Both the position numbers and the translations under genes were made by a program. Below, piece by piece: positions 44,454-54,503 of a stretch of DNA of 64,000 nt. The stretch comes from Candidatus Undinarchaeota archaeon. Its GTDB lineage: Archaea; SpSt-1190; JASMDC01. Position 1 is the stretch's first letter. Every line of letters begins with the position of its first letter. The stretch lies in NCBI GenBank assembly GCA_964519305.1, contig CAZFHY010000009.1, positions 75,130 through 139,129 on the forward strand. Direction: 5' to 3'. The notes beneath the pieces are model-generated. The model was not told where the DNA came from and ran no database searches. It saw nothing but the letters and a program-made list of their open reading frames with translations.

Positions 44454-44975
44454 ATGGAAATCGACGAACTCCACGCCGAGCTCGACTACCGGACGCACTT
44501 CGACCTAACGGTGCACACCGATCACGGCGACGACCGGTATCTGGCGATATTCCCCCAGCGGGACGAGTTGGCAGCGTACGTCGGAACCCTCGCCGAGGAC
44601 CTGCGCGATGAGGGGTACGAGGCCGACATCGTCGTCAGGGAGTACACAAAGGACCTTGAGGACCTGTACGAGGGCGAGGGCAGCGTGCCCACCAGTGGCG
44701 AGGAGCGTGGGTTCCGTGTCACCTACATCGGGGACCTTGCAGGCCTCGAGCAGCTCATCTCCCGGACCGCTGTTGCAGAGCACGGACGACCTTCACCGAA
44801 CTTCCCGCCCGAGGAGGGTGTGAGCCTAGAGGCGTACATCGGTTTCCGCGAGGCTCTCCACATTTCGTCCGAGCTCATAGAGAACATCGAGGAGATCTGG
44901 GACCGTGAGGAGTACACCGAGACGGATGGAACCCGTACCGAGGAGTCCGTCGTCACCTTCATCTGGAAGGAGTAG
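44454..44975 (+). CDS. Acidic hypothetical protein, paralog of 48902-49438
   Basis: Host-like codon usage, GTATAAAA TATA upstream; shared motifs PQR..GY..YxK..E.G(F/Y)RV. Confidence 0.75.
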   Translation: MEIDELHAELDYRTHFDLTVHTDHGDDRYLAIFPQRDELAAYVGTLAEDLRDEGYEADIVVREYTKDLEDLYEGEGSVPTSGEERGFRVTYIGDLAGLEQLISRTAVAEHGRPSPNFPPEEGVSLEAYIGFREALHISSELIENIEEIWDREEYTETDGTRTEESVVTFIWKE

Positions 44976-45223
44976 TCAGGCAGAGGGTACTACCAACGGT
45001 CGTCACAAAAGCAATTCACCCCCGGGGGACATCCATCATGATGGCCCCCGAAGGATAAGGAATGGATTCTGGAGGTAGCGACGCATCCCTTGTGGGCGCG
45101 CCCGATGACCGTACACTACGACCGATCCGAGGGATCACCATCCTTTTGAACCTTTCAGCAGCGGTATCGATATCCTGCCCGCCAGGGGTAGCCTTATAAA
45201 ATTCAATCCCGGCCGGACGTCCG

Positions 45224-45748
45224 GTGGCCAAGGAGAGCGATGACGAGGGGCTGGCAGGCAACACTGCGGTGCTCGGAGTATTGCTCGTGTGGCTCGTGGT
45301 CTCCAACGGCATCTACCGAGAGCTCGTATCGATCTTCCTGCGCATCTCTGCGGTCTTCACGGGGATGGCCGTGTCATCCTCGTCGACGGCCGCTTTCACG
45401 TTCAAGCTCATCTCTGTCCTCCTTATCGTGTTCGGTCTGAAGTTCGTTGGCTCGCTTCCTACCAAAGCGAAGCGCAAGATGCTGTTCCCTTTCGTGCTTC
45501 TGGACATATCGATCCTGGGGATGCTCGGCGCCCATCTAGCAGGCAAGAACGACTACCTGGTCGAGCTCTTCGACCTGGTGGTCATCATCCCGGTTAGCTC
45601 GACTGCCGCTCTTGCGCAGGCACCCGCCCTGATCCTCACAAACGCCATCGCCGTGGTCATGAAGGACCCCCTCATCTCCGCTGTGCTCATTTACCTGCGA
45701 CTTACGTGCTGGAAGGCCGTGCTCGCAAAGAGCCCCGAGAAGAAATAG
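45224..45748 (+). CDS. Hypothetical multi-TM membrane protein
   Basis: Several hydrophobic segments; TTATAAAA about 25 nt before the GTG (leaderless). Confidence 0.7.
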   Translation: MAKESDDEGLAGNTAVLGVLLVWLVVSNGIYRELVSIFLRISAVFTGMAVSSSSTAAFTFKLISVLLIVFGLKFVGSLPTKAKRKMLFPFVLLDISILGMLGAHLAGKNDYLVELFDLVVIIPVSSTAALAQAPALILTNAIAVVMKDPLISAVLIYLRLTCWKAVLAKSPEKK

Positions 45749-45772
45749 TCATCGTTCTGAGCCCGCGGATTA

Positions 45773-46948
45773 TCACTTCATCTGTTCGAGAAGTCTGTCG
45801 ATATCCTCGACGGACTTGGCCTCGGTAAGGGTGTTGTACACTTCCCGTGACCGGTACATGTCGATGAAAGAATGGTAGCTAAGGTCCCCCACCTCGGCCA
45901 GCTGATCAGGATTGATACCTTCCGGCTTGTCGGACTCACTGTGGTAGTTGGGGATCTTCCCGTTCTGGCGTCTGAGCATAGTGGTTGCGGGGATGTTATT
46001 GCTGATGAGCGGGTCATGGTCGCTGTTCCCATTGGACCAGTCCATCCGCTGGACCGGTATCCCAAGACGTTTGCCGGTCCCCTCGATGAGTTCGTTCACC
46101 CACTTTGTTGTGTAACCGGTGCCCACGTACGAGCTGTAGCCGTCGAAACCACTTTTCGCATGGGATATCAGTACGCTCAGCTGGTTCCCAGCGCCAACAC
46201 TGTCCAGGTTTATGGCCCCGATGCTTCTATCGCGTTCAGCATCAGGTAATGACCGTACGTATGCCTTTGAACCGTTCAGACCGGTCTCCTCGGCCCCGAA
46301 CGATATGAACCGAACGTTTACCTTCGGGCCGTTCTCCTTTGCAGCCCGTGCAAGTTCGAGGATGAGTGAAGATCCGGAAGCGTTGTCGTTGGCCCCGGGA
46401 CAGAAGTTCGATACCTTGTCAGCATGCGCCGTCACGAGTACGTAGCGGTCGCTCGACGGATCGCCTTTGTACTCGGCGATGACGTTTGCGCCCGGGTGAT
46501 AGCCACCTATGGACTGTTCCTTGACCTTGTATCCGAGCTCCTTGAATGCATCGGCCATGTAGGCCGAGCGACCGTCGTTGTCCCGGGAACTCAGCTCCTT
46601 GACGTGCCCGAACGCCAGGTCCTTATCGATGACACGGTCCTCGCCCCCTTGGGAATATGCGAGCTTGCGAGTGTTCGAATACAACTTGCCCCGCTGGCTG
46701 CTGATGGCGTATGGCTGGTCGTGCTTCTCTTGCCAGAGGGTGTTGATCTCCTGCCTTAGCTCCTTGCAGGTCCGGGACTTCTCCTTGTCGCCACCGAACA
46801 GGCCGCCCAGATGCTTCTCCCGGAAATTGCCCGCTTCCTTGTACTCTGCCTGCTTCGCCTCGTATAGCGATTCCAGTTCACCGAGTCGCTGGCGTCCCTC
46901 ATATAGAGCGACTGCGTCCTCGCGAATCGGTGCGTAGAGCTCGTTCAT
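45773..46948 (-). CDS. M28 family metallopeptidase with helical N-terminal extension
   Basis: NVIA, TAHAD, PGANDNASG, FGAEE.GL.GS, INLD.VG, SDH, YHS.SD. Confidence 0.9.
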   Translation of the reverse strand: MNELYAPIREDAVALYEGRQRLGELESLYEAKQAEYKEAGNFREKHLGGLFGGDKEKSRTCKELRQEINTLWQEKHDQPYAISSQRGKLYSNTRKLAYSQGGEDRVIDKDLAFGHVKELSSRDNDGRSAYMADAFKELGYKVKEQSIGGYHPGANVIAEYKGDPSSDRYVLVTAHADKVSNFCPGANDNASGSSLILELARAAKENGPKVNVRFISFGAEETGLNGSKAYVRSLPDAERDRSIGAINLDSVGAGNQLSVLISHAKSGFDGYSSYVGTGYTTKWVNELIEGTGKRLGIPVQRMDWSNGNSDHDPLISNNIPATTMLRRQNGKIPNYHSESDKPEGINPDQLAEVGDLSYHSFIDMYRSREVYNTLTEAKSVEDIDRLLEQMK

Positions 46949-47072
46949 TGAGAAGCTACCCGTTATTATGTAGTGTTCCAGGTTTATATATGTTACTATT
47001 CTGGAGTGGTAACATCAGTCTTGTGAGACTGTGATGCAGTTTTATTTCTTGGCCCTTACGAGATATACAACC

Positions 47073-48779
47073 ATGCAGCCTTCTGCGCCCAACTACTACG
47101 ACATCATCATCAAGAACGCCGTCGTAATCGACGGTACTGGCAGGAAGCGGTTCGTCTCGGACATCGGCATACTCAACGAGCGCGTGGCGTTCATCGGTGA
47201 TCTGAAGCAGGCCAAGGCGGTGCTCGAGTTCAAGTGCGAGGGCAGACTCGTCGCGAGCCCCGGATTCGTCGACATGCACAGCCACTCGGACCTCATGATC
47301 TTCTCGGATGATCCGACCTCCCACGTCAACCGGGGCGACCTCCCCAAGATCAAGCAGGGGGTGACCCTCCAAGTGGTGGGACAGGACGGGCTGAGCCTGG
47401 CCCCTGTACGCCCGGTAGCCCGCGAGGACCTGGCTACAAAGATGTCAGGTCTGTGCGGCGTAATCGATGATCCATGGGACTGGGAGCAGGTGTCCGACTA
47501 CCTCGCCAAGGCAGAGGGGCGACTGGCGGTGAACATGGCCTTCCTCGTAGGCCACTGCACTGTCCGCGAGTACGTCATGGGTGCAACGGACCGGGAGGCC
47601 AACATCCGTGACCGTCTCCAGATGGGAGAGGTCGTCAAGCGGGCCATGAATGAGGGCGCTTTCGGGTTCTCCACAGGCCTCATCTACGAGCCTGCGATAT
47701 TCGCCGATTTCAAGGAGCTGGACCATCTGGCCCGTATCGTCGCGCAGCACAACGGTTTCTTCGTGGCCCACATCCGCAACGAGACCGACCGGATCATCGA
47801 AGCGCTCAACGAGTTCCTTTCGATAGGGAAGACGACCGGAGTCCACCTCCATGTCTCCCACTTCAAGATAGCCGGGGACAACAACTTCAGTAAAATCGAT
47901 GAACTGGTCAAGGTATTCACAGAGTACAAGGGCGCCGGCAACGCCATCACCTTCGACCAGTACCCCTACATCGCAGGTAGCACCTACCTTCACGCGATCA
48001 TGCCGCCGTGGTCCCGGGCGGACGATGTCGACAAGACCATCATCAACCTACAGGTGGACATTGTGCGCGAACGAATGGCCACCGACATTTTCAACGAGGA
48101 TGAGAGCGAGTGGGACAACTTCTACAAGATGTCCGGTGGGTTCGAAGGCATCCAGATCGCAGCGGTCCGGCCCGACAGCCCCAACCAGGACCTCATCGGA
48201 AAACGTCTCTCCCAAGTGGCCGAGGAGAAGGGTTTCGATCTTTCCACAGAGGAAGGGCGCAAGCAGATGCTCTTCTGGACATTCGACCTTCTGGCCGAGG
48301 AGCGGCTCGGCGTATCTATGATCAGCTACAACCAGTCCGAGGAGAACGTGCGCCGGATCATGCAGCTGCCCGGGTACACGGTGTCCACCGATGGCCTTGT
48401 GAGCGGTAAGCCCCACCCCCGCGTGTACGGCACTTATCCGCGCGTGCTGGGCCTGTACACCCGCGAGCACGGACTCCACACCCTCGAGGACGTGATCCAC
48501 CACATGAGCCTGCTCCCTGCAGAGATCCTGGGCGTGGACGCCGACCGCGGCTCCATCGACGTGGGCAAGTTCGCCGACATCGTGCTCTTCGATCCTGAGA
48601 CGGTCATCGATCGTGCGACCTTCGAGGACTCCATCCAATACCCCACTGGAATCGAGGCGGTCATCGTCAACGGCCAGCTGTGCTACGACAACCGCGAGGG
48701 ACTTGATATGGTGGCCACCCTTCCGGGGAAGGTGCTGCGCCACGACGTGGCCAAACCACGCCAGGTCCTTAAGTGGTAG
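47073..48779 (+). CDS. N-acyl-D-amino-acid deacylase (D-aminoacylase, amidohydrolase superfamily)
   Basis: PGFVDMHSHSD, QGVT, GFSTGLIY.P, H.RNE, SH.K, DQYPY.AGST, HPR.YGTYPR. Confidence 0.92.
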   Translation: MQPSAPNYYDIIIKNAVVIDGTGRKRFVSDIGILNERVAFIGDLKQAKAVLEFKCEGRLVASPGFVDMHSHSDLMIFSDDPTSHVNRGDLPKIKQGVTLQVVGQDGLSLAPVRPVAREDLATKMSGLCGVIDDPWDWEQVSDYLAKAEGRLAVNMAFLVGHCTVREYVMGATDREANIRDRLQMGEVVKRAMNEGAFGFSTGLIYEPAIFADFKELDHLARIVAQHNGFFVAHIRNETDRIIEALNEFLSIGKTTGVHLHVSHFKIAGDNNFSKIDELVKVFTEYKGAGNAITFDQYPYIAGSTYLHAIMPPWSRADDVDKTIINLQVDIVRERMATDIFNEDESEWDNFYKMSGGFEGIQIAAVRPDSPNQDLIGKRLSQVAEEKGFDLSTEEGRKQMLFWTFDLLAEERLGVSMISYNQSEENVRRIMQLPGYTVSTDGLVSGKPHPRVYGTYPRVLGLYTREHGLHTLEDVIHHMSLLPAEILGVDADRGSIDVGKFADIVLFDPETVIDRATFEDSIQYPTGIEAVIVNGQLCYDNREGLDMVATLPGKVLRHDVAKPRQVLKW

Positions 48780-48901
48780 GCCCCTTCAGCGCTGAACGAC
48801 GTACTGAAGCCCATTTTCCAAATTCACCACCGTAGTGGTGCTATTTCTATTTAAATACTAACCACTATGTAGTAGTAACAGCATCCAAGAAGGTCGATAC
48901 T

Positions 48902-49438
48902 ATGTACCAGATCGATGATATTCAAATGGAAACCGACCGCGAGGCCCGTGCCTCGGTCGTGTACTTCACGGAAGAGAGCAGCTTGGTGATGCCGTCAGAG
49001 TCCTTCGACGGCTGGCATCATATAGAGACCGGATACCCCCAGCGAGAGGACGGCCTGACCGGCAGTCTCCTCGAACTGGTCCACACCAAAGGCTACGATA
49101 TCCAGGCAACGGTCAATCCCTACGAGAAGACCTGGAAGGACGACGACGGAGTGGCCCTGCAGGAGAAGGGCTATCGCGTGGACCTGAAAGGACCCGGGGC
49201 ACAAATCGAGGATTTCCTAGTGGAAGCGTGCAAGGCCGGCTACGGCGTACCCGAGCGCACCGAGTTCTCCTCGATGTTCCATCCCATCACGTCAACGCGC
49301 GGTTATCGGATCGCAGAGGAGACGACCGAGAAGCTCTCCCAGATAACTTCCAAGGACACGGTGAAGGTCGAGAATCTGGAGAAGGGGAAGTGGGCGTTCG
49401 TCAAGCAGGAGAGCACCTACAGCCTTGACACCGAGTAA
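48902..49438 (+). CDS. Hypothetical protein, paralog of 44454-44975
   Basis: Own AT-rich promoter (TTTAAATA); motifs shared with the 44454 protein. Confidence 0.75.
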   Translation: MYQIDDIQMETDREARASVVYFTEESSLVMPSESFDGWHHIETGYPQREDGLTGSLLELVHTKGYDIQATVNPYEKTWKDDDGVALQEKGYRVDLKGPGAQIEDFLVEACKAGYGVPERTEFSSMFHPITSTRGYRIAEETTEKLSQITSKDTVKVENLEKGKWAFVKQESTYSLDTE

Positions 49439-49441
49439 CGC

Positions 49442-50245
49442 CTAGCTCTGGAGAAGCACGTCCCGTAGCACCGGCCGCTTCTGCCTGTCCGCACGCACCT
49501 GTTCAACGTCCAGCTCGACCGCCTCGACACCCTCCTCGCCGACAGGAGCGACCACCAGTTCGTCGCCCAGCGGTGAGATCGCCCGGCTTCCGCCCCAGAA
49601 ACTAAGGTCACCGTCGTCGCCAACGTAGTTGACATATAGGTGGTAGCATGTCGTCTCGATGGCCCGGGCAGGAGCCATGCGCTCGAACAGCTTCCGGCTC
49701 TGACAGGGAGAAGCTGATATCGTGATAACGACGTCGGCGCCCTGGAGCGCCATGGCGCGGTACACCTCTGGGAAGAATATGTCGTAGCAGATGGCCACAC
49801 CGAACGTCATATCGCCCACGGTGAACATGGGTACCTCCTCACCGTGCGCGAACCATGCCTTCTCTTTGAAGATGCCGAAGTTGGGCAGATGGATCTTCCG
49901 GTAGGTCGACGGTCCATCATCCTCGAGCCCTGCCACCAGCGCTGTGTTGTAGATGACACCGCTCAGACCGCCTTCCTCCGGCATGCCACACACCACAACG
50001 CACCCTGCCTCCACGGCCGCTGCGTGGATGCGTCGGGCCGCGTCCTCCACGGCCGGGACGAGCTCAATGGCCCGCTCCCCCGCGGAGTAGCCGGTGAGGA
50101 ACAGCTCGGGGAATACGAGAAGGTCGGCCTTCCGCTGCTTGATGGTATCAAGGACACGTTGGCAGTTGGCCTCCACGTCCCCGGGTACAGGAGTGAACTG
50201 GCAGAGAGCCGCGGAGATGGTCATATCACCCGGGAACGGGCTCAT
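49442..50245 (-). CDS. Carbon-nitrogen hydrolase (nitrilase superfamily)
   Basis: VFPELFLTGY, YRKIHL, ICYD.FFPE (E-K-C triad), ARA.E. Confidence 0.92.
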   Translation of the reverse strand: MSPFPGDMTISAALCQFTPVPGDVEANCQRVLDTIKQRKADLLVFPELFLTGYSAGERAIELVPAVEDAARRIHAAAVEAGCVVVCGMPEEGGLSGVIYNTALVAGLEDDGPSTYRKIHLPNFGIFKEKAWFAHGEEVPMFTVGDMTFGVAICYDIFFPEVYRAMALQGADVVITISASPCQSRKLFERMAPARAIETTCYHLYVNYVGDDGDLSFWGGSRAISPLGDELVVAPVGEEGVEAVELDVEQVRADRQKRPVLRDVLLQS

Positions 50246-50350
50246 GTTGATAAGATTATTGCCCCGGGCCCCCTAGAGAAAGTATAAAAGGCGGTCCCTT
50301 GCGCCGAAAGTTCACGTTCCACAGTTCCCCGGGACGGGAACGGAGAAAAA

Positions 50351-51304
50351 ATGGTCCACTACGTCCTGAACGAGGTCGATCCGTCGGTCGAGGCTGCCTA
50401 TAGCTTCATCCAGGAGCTCGGGCTTGTCCAGGAGCACGACCGGGTGGACTGCCTGCCCTATACGCCGGAGGAAGCTGACATCGCTCGACGGATCCCTCTG
50501 AACGAGGTAGACGATTTCGTCCAGCGCTATGCCGCCATCGGCAGGGATGACGACCAGCTGATCGTGCTCAACGGCTCGGGCGACCACCATCACCACACCT
50601 ACGGAGTGTGCCGGGGCATCATCGAACAGGATGGTGAGGAGTACACCGTCGTCCACTTCGACCACCACGGTGACTCGCGTGTCCCGGAGGGGTTTCTGGA
50701 CTGTGGCGACTACCTGGGCGAGCTCGTCAAGTCCTCGGAGCTTGTCAGGAAGGGCATAATCATCGGCGCAGGGACCATGGTCGGCACGGATGGATGGAGC
50801 GATTGGAACTCCTTCTGGTTCGATCCGAAGGCCCTCGAGGCAGGGCTCGAGGTCTACCCCTACTCTTTTAGCACCGCGTCGCTCTATGGTGCGAGCTGCA
50901 AGCCCGACATCGACTGTGTCCACAGCCAGTACCTCGAGTCGTGCAGTTCGCTGGGTATCGAGTACCACACCGTCAAGGACCTCGGTATCGAAGCGATCGC
51001 GGCACGCGCAGTGGACCGGATAGAGACGGAGGACGTCCACATCACCGTAGACCTCGACGTCCTGACGGCCGAGTACGCCACGACAGACTGGGGGAACGGG
51101 AAATTGTCGCTCCCCGAGCTGCTCGAGGCCATTGCGTCCATCGGGGGCGAGAGGAACGTTGTAGGGCTTGATATAACCGGAACCGACGGAGAAGGCGACG
51201 AGCGCACGCTGTACACCATCGCTGCCATCGTCAACGAGGTCACCAGCGGTCCGTACGAGCGTAGATTCTTCTACGAGCATATCGCGGCCATTGAGCCGGA
51301 ATAG
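50351..51304 (+). CDS. Arginase/ureohydrolase-fold protein, copy 1 of 4
   Basis: GSGDHHH, HFDHHGD, DCG, ITVDLDVL, TDWGNG, GLDITG. Confidence 0.82.
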   Translation: MVHYVLNEVDPSVEAAYSFIQELGLVQEHDRVDCLPYTPEEADIARRIPLNEVDDFVQRYAAIGRDDDQLIVLNGSGDHHHHTYGVCRGIIEQDGEEYTVVHFDHHGDSRVPEGFLDCGDYLGELVKSSELVRKGIIIGAGTMVGTDGWSDWNSFWFDPKALEAGLEVYPYSFSTASLYGASCKPDIDCVHSQYLESCSSLGIEYHTVKDLGIEAIAARAVDRIETEDVHITVDLDVLTAEYATTDWGNGKLSLPELLEAIASIGGERNVVGLDITGTDGEGDERTLYTIAAIVNEVTSGPYERRFFYEHIAAIEPE

Positions 51305-51355
51305 CGTCCGCAGTTAGGGAAAGTATAAATAGCGGCTGTCCCGGCGGCATTTCTC

Positions 51356-52315
51356 GTGACGCAGTACGTACTGTCGGAGATCGATGACTCGGTGGACGCG
51401 GTCTACGGTGTCCTCCAGGAGCTCGACCTAGTTAATGAGGGCGACACGACGGACTACATCACGTTCGGCCGGGGCGACATGACTGACACCCCTATGGGAC
51501 CTGATTACGTCACCGATAAGTGCTCGGGCGTGAAGAAGCAGGATGACCTGCTGGTCGTGCTCAACGGCTCGGGAAACTACCATCATCTCACCTACGGCTT
51601 CTGCCGCGGGATTCTGGAGCAGGACGGGAACGACTACACCGTGCTCCACTTTGACCGACATGGTGATTCACGCGGTTACAGCTGGATGCTCGACTGCGGT
51701 AACTTTCTTGGTAAGCTGGTCCGTGACTCGGACCACGCGAAGAAGGGCATCATCATCGGTGCCGACGACATGGTCACCGATTCGAAGTGGATGGAACCGG
51801 CCTACCTGAGCAGGGACACCCTCGAGGTGTACCCCTTCAAGAAAGAGCACGGTCATTTCCATGATGTACAGAGCGAGCCAACCGTCGACTGTGTTGAGAA
51901 GGAGTACGACTCCAGCTGGCAGGAGCTCAACGTGAAGTGGCACACCATCAAGCGCGAGGGCATCGATGCTATCACGCACCGTGCTCTCGACCGGACCGAT
52001 ACCGAGAACGTCTACATCACCGTGGACCTGGACGCTCTCCAAGGTAAGTTCGTCCACACTGACTGGGGCAACGGCAAGATGTCGCTTGACCAGCTGCTGG
52101 ACTCCATCGCCCTCGTCAGGGAAGAGAAGAACATCATCGGTCTTGACGTCACCGGCACCGACGGGACCAATGAGAACGAGCGCACAGCGTACACCATCGC
52201 CGCCATCGTCAACGAGGTCACCGACGGGCCGTACGAGCGCAAGTTCTTCCAGGACAGGATCAAGAAGGCCCGACGTTCCGACTTCTGGAACGGCGTCAAG
52301 GAGTTCTTCTCCTGA
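51356..52315 (+). CDS. Arginase/ureohydrolase-fold protein, copy 2 of 4
   Basis: GSGNYHH, HFDRHGD, YITVDLD, TDWGNG. Confidence 0.82.
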   Translation: MTQYVLSEIDDSVDAVYGVLQELDLVNEGDTTDYITFGRGDMTDTPMGPDYVTDKCSGVKKQDDLLVVLNGSGNYHHLTYGFCRGILEQDGNDYTVLHFDRHGDSRGYSWMLDCGNFLGKLVRDSDHAKKGIIIGADDMVTDSKWMEPAYLSRDTLEVYPFKKEHGHFHDVQSEPTVDCVEKEYDSSWQELNVKWHTIKREGIDAITHRALDRTDTENVYITVDLDALQGKFVHTDWGNGKMSLDQLLDSIALVREEKNIIGLDVTGTDGTNENERTAYTIAAIVNEVTDGPYERKFFQDRIKKARRSDFWNGVKEFFS

Positions 52316-52419
52316 GGTAGTTCGGGACCACCATGGGAACGTTTATATAGCGGCCGTGGTTCGTTTCACTCACAAGTGGTGACACGTATTTCCGCTTCAA
52401 ATGATGGGAGGAACATCGT

Positions 52420-53397
52420 ATGACGCAGTACGTCCTCTCAGAGGTGGACCCCTCTGTAGGAGCGGCCTACGATACTCTCGAGGAGCTCGGGCTCGTGAAC
52501 AAGGGCGACCAAGTGGACCGCATCGAATTCTCCCAGTTCGACCAGGGCAAGCATATCTCCACTGAGGCCATCACCCAGCGGTATGGAGACGTCGAGAAGC
52601 AGGACGATCTGCTTGTCGTGCTCAACGGCTCGGGTACATTCCACCACCACACATACGGTTTCTGTCGCGGGATCCTGGAGCAGGGTGAGCGCGATTATTC
52701 AGTGATCCACTTCGACCAGCACGGGGACTCCCGTTACTGCAACGGTACCCTGGATTGCGGCAACTACCTCGGCAGACTGGTCCGCGATTCGGACCATGCG
52801 AAGAAGGGCATCATCATCGGTGCTGACGTTATGGTGACCGACAGCGACTGGATGGACCCCCGGTATCTCTCTGGTGATCTTGAGGTATACCCGTACCGCA
52901 AGGCTTCCGCCACTTTCGATGCGTGTCAGGACGGTGAGCTGGATGTCGATTGCGTTGAGCAGAGCTATAATGCTGATTACCAGGAGAATAATCTGACCTG
53001 GCACACGGTGGCCGAGGAAGGCATTACTGCCATCGCCCATAGGGCACTGGACCATACTCCGACCGAGGACGTGTACATCACAGTGGACCTTGACGCTCTC
53101 ACCGGTCGCTACGTCAACACGGACTGGGGCAACGGCAAGATGGACCTGGACCAAGTGCTGGACGCCATCGCCCTCGTCAAGGAGAATAAGAACATTATCG
53201 GTCTCGACATCACAGGCACCGATGGCACCGGCCGCGACAAGGAGACCTTCTACACCATCGCCGCCATAGTCAACGAGGTCACCGACGGACCTTACGAGCG
53301 ACAGTTCTTCGAGGAGCACATCGGCGGTAAGGGGCACTTCATCCGAAACGTACGGAACTTCTTCGGGCGGCTCGGTAAGGCTTTCGCCCCTCCTTGA
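52420..53397 (+). CDS. Arginase/ureohydrolase-fold protein, copy 3 of 4
   Basis: GSGTFHH, HFDQHGD, YITVDLD, TDWGNG. Confidence 0.82.
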   Translation: MTQYVLSEVDPSVGAAYDTLEELGLVNKGDQVDRIEFSQFDQGKHISTEAITQRYGDVEKQDDLLVVLNGSGTFHHHTYGFCRGILEQGERDYSVIHFDQHGDSRYCNGTLDCGNYLGRLVRDSDHAKKGIIIGADVMVTDSDWMDPRYLSGDLEVYPYRKASATFDACQDGELDVDCVEQSYNADYQENNLTWHTVAEEGITAIAHRALDHTPTEDVYITVDLDALTGRYVNTDWGNGKMDLDQVLDAIALVKENKNIIGLDITGTDGTGRDKETFYTIAAIVNEVTDGPYERQFFEEHIGGKGHFIRNVRNFFGRLGKAFAPP

Positions 53398-53492
53398 TCA
53401 ACCGGAGTTTAACCGGAACGTTTATATATAATAACTGACTTTTACTACTTTGAAGTGGTGACAGTTCAAGTCATTTCTTTGAGGTGCACTAG

Positions 53493-54494
53493 GTGACCCA
53501 GTACGTCCTATCCGAGATCGATCCGTCGGTGTCCGCCACCTACGGGAAGTTCGAGGAGCTCGGACTCGTGAACGAGGGCGACCGTGTCGACCGTGTTGCC
53601 TTCACAAATGGGGAACGCAGGGCCATGAAGGATGACGTGAGCCCCTATGAGCTGTGCCAGAAGTACACCGACCTTGAGCTGGAGGACGGTCTTCTTGTGA
53701 CACTCAACGGGTCGGGGGACTATCACCATCACACCTACGGATTCTGCCGCGGTATGGTCGAGAGACGCGAGGGTGACGAGTACACCGTGTTCCACTACGA
53801 CCAGCACGGCGACACCCGGCCGGACCACTCAGGGCAGCCCGGCCTGGATTGTGGTAACTATCTCAAGCACCTGACCAAGGACTCGTCGAAGGTGGCCAAG
53901 TCCATCATCATCGGCGCCACCACCATGGTCCACGATCCGGTATGGATGGACACCGAGGCGTTCAAGAACGGTGTGGAGGTCTACCCCTACAAGAACGCCG
54001 ACGCCCACTTCCCCTGCGTCATCTGGGAGCCGAAGGTGGACGCCAAGTCGATGACCTACGACAAGGAGTCCGGCAAGTGCGATATCTCCTGGCACACGAT
54101 CGAAGAGCAGGGCATCGATGCCATCACCCGCAGGGCTCTGGAACGCACGCCCACCGATGACGTGTACGTCACCGTGGACCTAGACGTGCTCAGCGGTATG
54201 TACGTGACCACTGACTGGGACAACGGCGAGATGCGGCTCGACGAGCTGCTAGACTCGATTAATCAGGTCCGGGAGAAGAAGAACATCATCGGGCTGGACG
54301 TGAACGGCACCGATGGTACCGATAACGATGTCCAGACCCAGTACACCATCGCTGCTATAATCAACGAAGTCACCGACGGACCGTACGAGCGACAGTTCTT
54401 CATGGACAAGATCAGAGACAGCTATGGTGCGCCGCGCCCACCGTCCCAAATGAAAGTGAGCCTCTGGGACAAGGTCTGCGGCCTATTCTCGTGA
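53493..54494 (+). CDS. Arginase/ureohydrolase-fold protein, copy 4 of 4
   Basis: GSGDYHH, HYDQHGD, YVTVDLD, TDWDNG. Confidence 0.82.
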   Translation: MTQYVLSEIDPSVSATYGKFEELGLVNEGDRVDRVAFTNGERRAMKDDVSPYELCQKYTDLELEDGLLVTLNGSGDYHHHTYGFCRGMVERREGDEYTVFHYDQHGDTRPDHSGQPGLDCGNYLKHLTKDSSKVAKSIIIGATTMVHDPVWMDTEAFKNGVEVYPYKNADAHFPCVIWEPKVDAKSMTYDKESGKCDISWHTIEEQGIDAITRRALERTPTDDVYVTVDLDVLSGMYVTTDWDNGEMRLDELLDSINQVREKKNIIGLDVNGTDGTDNDVQTQYTIAAIINEVTDGPYERQFFMDKIRDSYGAPRPPSQMKVSLWDKVCGLFS

Positions 54495-54503
54495 GAGTGC
54501 TCA

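Noticed and set aside
45016-45312. 98-aa minus-strand ORF
   Set aside because: Overlaps the 45224 gene and its promoter, and has no motif or clear RBS
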